Shown piece by piece: positions 49,318 through 56,883 of a stretch of DNA of 64,000 bases. The stretch lies in IMG/VR virus record IMGVR_UViG_3300046507_000667, positions 124,001-188,000 of that record. One strand, given 5' to 3'. The notes below the pieces were generated by a model, which ran no database searches, had not been told where the DNA came from, and was given only the letters and a program-made list of their open reading frames with translations. A program made the translations under genes and the position numbers. Numbering within the stretch: position 1 is the stretch's first letter; the number at the start of each line of letters is the position of its first letter.

Positions 49318-50482
49318 CATTTATGTTATCGGTGATCGTTAATCACCTTCTTATGTTTTCACATAAGATCAGACTATATCTTATTGAGAAATAAAATATT
49401 TCTCAATATCTATATTTCCAGAATCACTTGATTCCGTACTCTCACTATGGAGATAGTCGTTGAACATTATTTCTAATAATCTGCCAAGATTATCGAATTC
49501 CCAATAGGGAATTCTAACTAAACCAATTCCGTTATCAATACAAAATTTATTCTTATATTGATCAATTTCCTGCCTTTTTATAAATTCGACCTTATGCTTT
49601 TCTAAATTTAAAAATGCTTCATAATGAAAGCGACCATCATACTCAATAAAGAAATAGCCTTCAGGTAAATCTATTTTAAAATCATATTTAATAAATTTAC
49701 TACGTGTATTTGGTGGATTATACTGTTCTGAAAAACTAATATTATGCTTAGTTAACCATTGTCGTATAAATTCTTCACCTTTAGAAGATATGCAATTTGG
49801 ACAGCGATTTCCCTTCACAATAAAGTTATTTGGTCTCATAGTAAAAATAGTATTACATTCTTTATGAATGAATTTCTTTTTATCATGAGTATTAGTATAT
49901 TCATCTATAAATTCATACTCATTATTAGTAATAGTACTAATTTGAGATTTAAATTCATCAGTAGAATACCTATAACTTCTATGTGAACATTTAGGACATC
50001 TAGTACCACCACCTAAAAAACCTTTTGGTGTAACTTCAAATTCATTCCCACAAATATGACGTAAAATTACTTTTTCATTATAATTTGTATAATTACTTAA
50101 GCATATATAGCTATTTATATGAGATATTTTTTCTTCAAAAGATTCTTTAGTAACTTTCATAAATCCAGCACAAAAAGGGCATCTAGTACCTTTTCGTTTA
50201 CTTGATCCTCTGAAGTCACCACGTTTAGCACTAAAAGTTCTTTTACAAACTTCATGTCTAAATTCAATAGGTGTATGATACTTTTTATATTCGGATAGCA
50301 CCGTATATTCATCGCCAACCAAATCACGAACTTCTAAGAGAAATTCTTTGTGAGTTGTTTGTCGTGGCATACATATCCCTTAAAATTTCTTGGCAGAGAT
50401 GAAATAATGCTGCTGATTGCCCTCGTCTTAATACGTTAGGGGTTTCCAGCAATTAATAGATTTTATAGTGAACTGAAAGTTA
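49318..50482 (-). mobile_element. Group I intron in dnaB (1165 nt)
   Basis: P AATTGCTGGAAA, Q AATCAGCAG, R GTTCAACGACTA, S AAGATATAGTCT; P1 GUGGAU/GUUCAC with U.G pair; terminal G; splicing restores GTSSGWKS. Confidence 0.9.
49381..50370 (-). CDS. Intron-encoded homing endonuclease (Zn-ribbon repeats plus Vsr-like/EDxHD nuclease)
   Basis: Three H..C...RCPxC repeats; YDF..IEYDGRFHY. Confidence 0.85.
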   Translation of the reverse strand: MPRQTTHKEFLLEVRDLVGDEYTVLSEYKKYHTPIEFRHEVCKRTFSAKRGDFRGSSKRKGTRCPFCAGFMKVTKESFEEKISHINSYICLSNYTNYNEKVILRHICGNEFEVTPKGFLGGGTRCPKCSHRSYRYSTDEFKSQISTITNNEYEFIDEYTNTHDKKKFIHKECNTIFTMRPNNFIVKGNRCPNCISSKGEEFIRQWLTKHNISFSEQYNPPNTRSKFIKYDFKIDLPEGYFFIEYDGRFHYEAFLNLEKHKVEFIKRQEIDQYKNKFCIDNGIGLVRIPYWEFDNLGRLLEIMFNDYLHSESTESSDSGNIDIEKYFISQ

Positions 50483-51209
50483 ATCCACTTGAAGTGCCAC
50501 AAAACACATAGCAACGACCCGGTTGAAAACCACCATTAAGCATCTTATTTAGGCGCTTAATACCTGTCTTAATATAACGCTTTGAGTCATTCATATTACG
50601 TCGAACACCATCCAATGCATGAATAAAAGCATCATTGGAAAAACTCATATCTGGAATTGATAGAGAGGTGGTTGACTTAGAGATAATAGTACGATTAAGA
50701 CGTTTACACGCAGCACTCATTAGATTCACACCTTCTTGGAATGAATCAACTTCGTGATTTTCGAATGCTGAGATTGCTTCTTTTACTTCTTGAACCATTG
50801 GCATTGCTGTTACATAGTTCAGTCGAGAAATAATCTCATTTTCAATGAATACTGCTTTATTTGAATCAAATGGTTCATTTTCTAGTAATTCGCTAAGATC
50901 ATCTGTTAATTGATCATAGTCTTCTTTATTCTTTGGTGATTCAAGTAATGCTGTACAAATTAAACTTGTATCATCAATATTTTCATCAATTGCAATCTTT
51001 AAGAAATCACGAGCAAATCTATAATGTAATTCAATATCCGCATCTTCAAGGTAGATCTTTGTGTCTACTGTAAAAAAGAATAAATCGAGCTTGGTAAGGA
51101 AGATCCGACTTCTATACTCAGATAGAAGATACATACACAATTGCTCAAATAGATACTGAGGCATTGTAACTGTCGGCTTTGCCTTAGATGAAACTTTTCT
51201 TTTTTTCAT
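50483..51209 (-). CDS. dnaB: DnaB-like replicative helicase, exon 1
   Basis: IKTGIKRLNKMLNGGFQPGRCYVFCG leading into Walker A. Confidence 0.88.
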
Positions 51210-51394
51210 TCAAGTAGTACCTATTAAAATATTTATTAATTCTGTCACATACGAATATTCTTTCAAACTTCAAGAAAAAAAGTATTCGTATAAGTACATA
51301 TTACAAATATCGTCCTTTAGTATTTCTTTGTTGGTAGAGTGTGAAATTTCCCGTTATTCCACACTCTACTTCTTATTTACTATAGAACGCTATT

Positions 51395-51880
51395 TCAGAT
51401 AAGAGCTTTACGCATGATAAAGTTCAGATCTTCATCGCTTGCAGTATCAATAATATCTGCATGCTTACCATTAGTAATCTTATTAATAAAAGCACGAAGA
51501 CGATCTGCTGTAGCAATGGTCAAAGTGACAGGCTTAAAAGTTTCTTCTTTAACTTCAGTAACTACTTTAGCCTTCTTTGCTAGCTTCTTTTCTTTATGAT
51601 GGACACCATTGGAATGATCAAACTTTTCTTGATCAAAACGAATATTCTTAACTTCATTAAACCAGTATTCACCTTTACCATTATCACTAGCCATATTAGC
51701 ACGAACTAGATGACGAAGAATACGAATTACATTTGGTTTTGAAGTATTATGCTGACCATCAGCAATCTTCTTATCATGACGAATTTCATTGTACACTTCA
51801 TGTACAGAAACTGATTCATTCGAACGAAGAATTTTAACGATTGCTTCAGCAATATTGATAGTTTGTTGGGTCGATGCCAT
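51395..51880 (-). CDS. Putative winged-helix DNA-binding protein
   Basis: AIVKILR..SVHEVY..VIRILRHLV..GKGEYW pattern. Confidence 0.55.
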   Translation of the reverse strand: MASTQQTINIAEAIVKILRSNESVSVHEVYNEIRHDKKIADGQHNTSKPNVIRILRHLVRANMASDNGKGEYWFNEVKNIRFDQEKFDHSNGVHHKEKKLAKKAKVVTEVKEETFKPVTLTIATADRLRAFINKITNGKHADIIDTASDEDLNFIMRKALI

Positions 51881-51948
51881 GATAATACCTTTCTTTATTA
51901 AATTAGAATAAGAATACCACTACCTAATTTCTCAGGTAGTGGTTTCAT

Positions 51949-53208
51949 TTATTTTACAGCAGAGATTGATTCACGGATAAAATCAAGATCGACTTCGTCA
52001 AATCGATCTGTATGCTTCAATTTAATAAACTCTAAAACTTTTTCATCAAGCTGTAGTTCATTACCAAATAGAAATTCATAACGAGATTCAGCAACCGTTA
52101 CTTCTTCCTCTCCATTTTCATTAGTTTCAATATCACCACCGACTTCAATCATTTCGCCAGTCTTTAATACTAGACCAGCTGCTTCAATAACAATTGATCG
52201 CTTGCCATAATTATTGAAATAATTCTTAAGGAGTTCTACAATAGCTGGATTCTCTTCGATCGTATCTTTTTGAATCTTGACCTTAAGAAAATCAATACCT
52301 TTCTCTTTAGTTACCTTGATAGCTTTAATAGCAGTATCAAAGTTTAGTTCACCTTTTACAATCTTATCTAGAAATACTGTACGATAAGTTTGTGTAAGTT
52401 CATTTTCAATAAAATGAACTTGGTGTTCTTCATGATCCATCAAAGTAAGTAAGAAACCTTTCTTATCCTGATCACTATGGCAATTAGTTGAGAAAGAGCC
52501 ATTGTAGTATACTTGATCTTTATAGCTAGACCTGATATGATCATGGCCAAAAATAGTCAATCGTGAGATCTTGATAATTTCATCTTGATCAAAGATTGGC
52601 ATTTCAGGCATTGCTTTTTCTACTTCATTTTTATTGAAGCAATTATATTTGAAAAATCCATGCCCGAGGATCAGATCATATTTCTTGTTGAAATAAGGTG
52701 CATAAAATTCATCTTGATTCTTCATGTATTCTTCCGGAACACACAAAGTTTTGATGCCATTAAAATCTAATTCAGTGACATTATTGACAAGAATGAATCG
52801 ATCTTCAAACTCATGGGTAAATGGTTCAAAGATATTGATCTGTGAATAATCATGAGAATATGTACCACGAATAATAATAAGCTTCGCAGTTGGATGTCTC
52901 TTAATAACTACTTCAATCAATGCATGGATAAGATCCATTGCAAATTTTGCATGCTGACTATTTAATCCGATTTGATGTTCAAATAGATCACCACAGATTG
53001 CTAGTCCTGCAAAGTTCATACCTTCTTTCAAATATTCATCGATATAGAAAAGAAGCTTCGTAAAGAATCCATTATCTTCATCGAAGAATTCTTTGATATT
53101 CTGATGGACAGGTTGATGACCAATGTGAATATCACTAATCGTGAAAAAGAAAGAAGGCTGTAACAGTTGTTCTACTGCTTTAGTTACTGCCTTCTTCTTT
53201 GGAGCCAT
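51949..53208 (-). CDS. sbcD: SbcD/Mre11-like metallophosphoesterase nuclease
   Basis: SDIHIG, GDLF, GTYSHD, GHDH and YNGS motifs. Confidence 0.88.
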   Translation of the reverse strand: MAPKKKAVTKAVEQLLQPSFFFTISDIHIGHQPVHQNIKEFFDEDNGFFTKLLFYIDEYLKEGMNFAGLAICGDLFEHQIGLNSQHAKFAMDLIHALIEVVIKRHPTAKLIIIRGTYSHDYSQINIFEPFTHEFEDRFILVNNVTELDFNGIKTLCVPEEYMKNQDEFYAPYFNKKYDLILGHGFFKYNCFNKNEVEKAMPEMPIFDQDEIIKISRLTIFGHDHIRSSYKDQVYYNGSFSTNCHSDQDKKGFLLTLMDHEEHQVHFIENELTQTYRTVFLDKIVKGELNFDTAIKAIKVTKEKGIDFLKVKIQKDTIEENPAIVELLKNYFNNYGKRSIVIEAAGLVLKTGEMIEVGGDIETNENGEEEVTVAESRYEFLFGNELQLDEKVLEFIKLKHTDRFDEVDLDFIRESISAVK

Positions 53209-53209
53209 A

Positions 53210-54070
53210 TTAATCTAGCATTTGAAGAGAATGGCGGAGTTCATGTACTGCATTGACGTCCGCAAAGTTATCACCTTCTCGCATAAACTGATACTTCGTT
53301 ACCAAACGCTTAGTTTCGAAATCAATATATGTCGAGACATACAATACAAATACAAATGAGCCAGTGTCTGAATAGTTTGTATAATAGAAATTAGTACGAG
53401 CCGAATTAAGCTCAATACCATTCTTTACTGAACTAACGTGATATTCTGGCTTTACTTCCAGATTATAGTCTCGTTGTGAGAAAAGGATTGTATCCTTAAG
53501 CTGACGAAGACTTGGCGTAACTGGTGGTGTAAGCAGACGTGAAATAGTTGCAAAGAACTTATTGAAATACAAAAAGCTATGTGATAGGAACATTGCCTTT
53601 GCCGCTGCTGCAGCTTCTGGATTATCTGCAGGAGGATTCATGACAAATGCTTCAATAGCAGTACCATGAGTACGATTCAACAGCTTAAGAATTGGATTCT
53701 CACTGTGTTCATCTGCATCTGGAGCAATCTCAATAATTTCATTGAGTCGATTCCAGTTAATATAAATAATTAGATTAGTCGAGTTATCTTTGGGAGGATA
53801 AGCACGATTGACACATTCCCAGATAGCCTTTTTAACTTCTGGATCAGCTACATTAAGCGCATCAAATGGATTTGCATCACTAATAAACCATAGTGAAGTA
53901 CGAGCATCAGCACGATAGCAACCAAGAAGATTTACAAATACATTACCGAAAACAATTCCGGGATATGTAGCAAATTCTTTTGGAAATACAATAGTTGGAC
54001 GATTTGCACCTGGAGCTACTGCTACTTCAGCTTGAGCTGCACCATTGACAAAGCTATTAATATCAGCCAT
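53210..54070 (-). CDS. Hypothetical protein
   Basis: 286 aa, TAAGGA RBS. Confidence 0.7.
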   Translation of the reverse strand: MADINSFVNGAAQAEVAVAPGANRPTIVFPKEFATYPGIVFGNVFVNLLGCYRADARTSLWFISDANPFDALNVADPEVKKAIWECVNRAYPPKDNSTNLIIYINWNRLNEIIEIAPDADEHSENPILKLLNRTHGTAIEAFVMNPPADNPEAAAAAKAMFLSHSFLYFNKFFATISRLLTPPVTPSLRQLKDTILFSQRDYNLEVKPEYHVSSVKNGIELNSARTNFYYTNYSDTGSFVFVLYVSTYIDFETKRLVTKYQFMREGDNFADVNAVHELRHSLQMLD

Positions 54071-54093
54071 TGCTTTATTTTCCTTAAACGGAT

Positions 54094-54837
54094 TTATTGA
54101 TTGTAAGAATGAAGGGATTCAACTTTGATGTCATTTTCTAGCTTACGCTGATCAAATGAGAAATCATACGTCATATTAAGCGTAAGATCATCATAGTTGA
54201 TTAGCATATATGAGTAAAGCCTTGTTTGCACTGGATTAGAATGTACCATACGGCCATCATAATCCTTCACAAACATCGTGGGGGTCTGGGAAAGAAGACG
54301 AATTGGTTTATTTAGGAAATTACCAAACCATACTTCAAAATTGATACTGATTGGACTGTCAGTATTCGATTCTAATACTTCAGTAATATTCTTTCCATTA
54401 ATGGGTTCAGCATCCATTAGTTTCCATTTTTGGATGTCTACTGAATCCATTGCAATTTCATTGGTAGACCCTTTGATAAATTGTGCACGACCAAAGAAAC
54501 TATCAATGATACCAAAGATATCTAGTTCTCTAGAGTATCGAACTTTCAGTGATTCACGCTCAAAATTAAATCGAATGATGATGGTATAGATATCATCATC
54601 AATAAAGTGATTCATATCGATAAATTGTTTCCAAATCAGATCGGAATCTGCAGTATAGCTATCATTCCGAATAATATCGTAGCCGGTAATAATACGTACT
54701 TTTTCGGTACCTTCCAGTACAATAAATCGCTCTGTTACAGCAATATTAAAATTTTCATTGACTGGAAGAACAAAAGGCTTTAAAGCTTCTTTGTTAGCGA
54801 AATTATAGTTAATACCTTTATAGCCTAGATCAGACAT
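54094..54837 (-). CDS. Hypothetical protein
   Basis: 247 aa, AAGGA RBS. Confidence 0.7.
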   Translation of the reverse strand: MSDLGYKGINYNFANKEALKPFVLPVNENFNIAVTERFIVLEGTEKVRIITGYDIIRNDSYTADSDLIWKQFIDMNHFIDDDIYTIIIRFNFERESLKVRYSRELDIFGIIDSFFGRAQFIKGSTNEIAMDSVDIQKWKLMDAEPINGKNITEVLESNTDSPISINFEVWFGNFLNKPIRLLSQTPTMFVKDYDGRMVHSNPVQTRLYSYMLINYDDLTLNMTYDFSFDQRKLENDIKVESLHSYNQ

Positions 54838-54907
54838 TTAAACATTCCTTAGTTTAAGAATTTTCATTTGATAATCCCGCATAATGTCTAATTATTATTA
54901 TCTTATC

Positions 54908-54919
54908 AACAACTTTATA
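54908..54919 (+). promoter_or_regulatory. Late promoter AACA-N6-TA
   Basis: AACAACTTTATA upstream of the neck gene. Confidence 0.6.
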
Positions 54920-54925
54920 ATATAT
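54910..54925 (-). promoter_or_regulatory. Early promoter ATATATTAT-N5-TG
   Basis: ATATATTAT aaagt TG, heading the sbcD operon. Confidence 0.7.
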
Positions 54926-54944
54926 TTCTATAACGAGTTTTAAA

Positions 54945-55664
54945 ATGATCAACATTAACACTCTGGTTAACCATGTGAAAGCTCGTCTAGGTACACATGT
55001 CCGTCATCTAGAAATGGATGATGAAGCAATCATTAACTGTTTACAGCAAGAAACCCTTCCTACGCTTAGCATTTTCTTCCCTTATTACTGTCAGTATCTA
55101 CTGAATCTAAAGGAAGCAGAAGTGCAACCTGGAATGAATACATATTTCTTACCTACAGAGATTGAAGACTTCTCTGTAATGGGAGTTGAAGGTTTCTTAC
55201 CAGCTTATCGTGGATTAGCTTCACAGTCTTATTTCTTTGCACCAATGGGTAGTGATTTACAATCTATTATGGGTGCATTGAATAGTACTAAGCTTGCTAA
55301 TACACTGGCTTCAGCTATTATTAATCCATCAACATTTACTTGGATGCCACCTAATATGGTTAGACTTTCATCTAACTATAGTATGGAACAAGTAATCTTT
55401 TGTCTTAGAACTACTCATAAGAAAGATTTCTCTACATTTCCATATGGTGCAATGGAGACAATCAAGAAGTTAGCTCTATATGATGTAGCAATGGATATTT
55501 ATAGTATTCGAAAGCACTTTGCTCAAATTAATACTATCTTTGCTCAGATTAATCTTGATATGGATTTCTTTAATAGTATTCCTGATAAACGTGATGATCT
55601 GGTAGAAAGGCTGCGTAAAGAACAGCTTAAGTATAGCAACGCCAAAAAAATTTATATTTATTAA
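54945..55664 (+). CDS. Putative neck/head-completion protein (T4 gp13-like)
   Basis: LVNHVKARLG..LEMDDEAI N-terminus; late promoter. Confidence 0.55.
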   Translation: MININTLVNHVKARLGTHVRHLEMDDEAIINCLQQETLPTLSIFFPYYCQYLLNLKEAEVQPGMNTYFLPTEIEDFSVMGVEGFLPAYRGLASQSYFFAPMGSDLQSIMGALNSTKLANTLASAIINPSTFTWMPPNMVRLSSNYSMEQVIFCLRTTHKKDFSTFPYGAMETIKKLALYDVAMDIYSIRKHFAQINTIFAQINLDMDFFNSIPDKRDDLVERLRKEQLKYSNAKKIYIY

Positions 55665-55671
55665 AAATTAT

Positions 55672-55701
55672 CCCCTATACCTTCTTTTGAGGGTATAGGG
55701 G
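55672..55701. terminator. CCC(T/C)ATAC-family hairpin, bidirectional
   Basis: Between convergent genes. Confidence 0.75.
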
Positions 55702-55707
55702 TTTAAT

Positions 55708-56022
55708 TTAATAAGTCATAGTCAAATATGTCTTTCCATCTTTGAAATTCCAGAAGTAACGCAACGGGTCGGCATTAATATTGGAGCAATAACGAATAAA
55801 AACAGAAGGTGCCATTCTTAGATTTTTACCATCAATAGCATATGGTAATTTATATAAAATCAAATAATCTAATGAGCGCTTTGGAGGATTTGTAATAGTA
55901 CAACCAGCCACATCTGTATCATAGGTGCATGTACATGATCGTTGATTTGTATCTACATCTGCTGCAAAGGATGAGCCACTAAAAGCGAGAGACACAATAA
56001 GCGATAAGAGAAATTTTTTCAT
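55708..56022 (-). CDS. Small exported protein (signal peptide, four Cys)
   Basis: MKKFLLSLIVSLAFSGSSFA signal peptide. Confidence 0.7.
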   Translation of the reverse strand: MKKFLLSLIVSLAFSGSSFAADVDTNQRSCTCTYDTDVAGCTITNPPKRSLDYLILYKLPYAIDGKNLRMAPSVFIRYCSNINADPLRYFWNFKDGKTYLTMTY

Positions 56023-56160
56023 GATTATTATAGGTAATTATTATTAAAAAAAAAGAGATACAAAGGATAGAAATCGCATCACCATTTTTGACTTTATTAA
56101 GTCATTAATGGCAATGCGATCTCGGAACTTCGTTTCAGACTCTCTAACTAATAAGACAGA

Positions 56161-56493
56161 TTAATTTGCTGTCTTATTTTTGATGGTGGTACGACGTCGC
56201 AAATAATTGCTTCGCTTAGGACCATAACCAGCATAGTCGGTATCTCGTGACGAGTGACTGACAGCGCTGTTATGTCCACCTGCCATTGCCACAGATTGGT
56301 CAAAACCGAAATTACCGTTAAACGTATCTTGATGCAATGCTTTGATGCTATCAACGACACGCTGAATAGATGGGGTTTGCTGCTCTACTTCAAAGATATC
56401 CTGCCTGCTCTTTACGCTGTTTTGTTCAGCTGTCGCTACTACCGTTGCGTTGGTGCCGAATACTGCATTAAGAATGCGGTCTTTGAAAGACAT
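56161..56493 (-). CDS. Hypothetical protein embedded in structured RNA
   Basis: 110 aa, GAGGT RBS, about 45% GC by hand count. Confidence 0.55.
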   Translation of the reverse strand: MSFKDRILNAVFGTNATVVATAEQNSVKSRQDIFEVEQQTPSIQRVVDSIKALHQDTFNGNFGFDQSVAMAGGHNSAVSHSSRDTDYAGYGPKRSNYLRRRTTIKNKTAN

Positions 56494-56707
56494 GATTAAA
56501 TACCTCTAGAATGGCTCTGACGCTCTCCCAGTACTACCCACATCAGTGCCCATACAGTTATATATTTGACTACTTTTACCTGCAATACCATTGTGATGGT
56601 ATGAATTTTTGCGAGTTGGTTTTACATAATGGTAAAGCTTAATATTTTAATACATCTGTCTTATAGTGTTACACGCTTTAAATTCTCCTATAATGCGATT
56701 ACTTACT

Positions 56708-56723
56708 CATAGATATAATATAT
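56708..56723 (-). promoter_or_regulatory. Early promoter ATATATTAT-N5-TG
   Basis: ATATATTAT atcta TG. Confidence 0.7.
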
Positions 56724-56731
56724 ACTTATTA

Positions 56732-56864
56732 ATGTAGCAGGTTCGATTGCTTTAAAAGTCCCCCTATCAGTACAACGCAGTATCACTTAGGGGACGACCT
56801 TTATGATAGTCTTTCTGCATCTGATAGGGGAATGAAATTCAAAGCTCACTTACCTTTGCTACAT
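56732..56864 (-). ncRNA. Candidate ~130-nt rod-shaped ncRNA
   Basis: Nested stems AUGUAGCA/UGCUACAU, GCUUU/AAAGC, CCCCUAUCAG/CUGAUAGGGG, UGCAG/CUGCG, UAUCA/UGAUA; 5' end coincides with an early promoter. Confidence 0.6.
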
Positions 56865-56877
56865 CAAAATAATATAT
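56862..56877 (-). promoter_or_regulatory. Early promoter ATATATTAT-N5-TG
   Basis: ATATATTAT tttga TG. Confidence 0.7.
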
Positions 56878-56883
56878 TTGCAT

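Noticed and set aside
19247-53208. sbcC and sbcD lying 30 kb apart as a novelty
   Set aside because: Dispersal of functionally linked genes is common in jumbo phages.
56151-56664. Retron msr/msd or MITE bounded by the inverted repeat
   Set aside because: No reverse transcriptase or transposase nearby and no target-site duplication seen; kept only as possible RNA pairing.
56735-56752. tRNA or tmRNA suggested by GGTTCGATT
   Set aside because: No T-stem closure, cloverleaf or CCA end; the structure fits a minus-strand rod.
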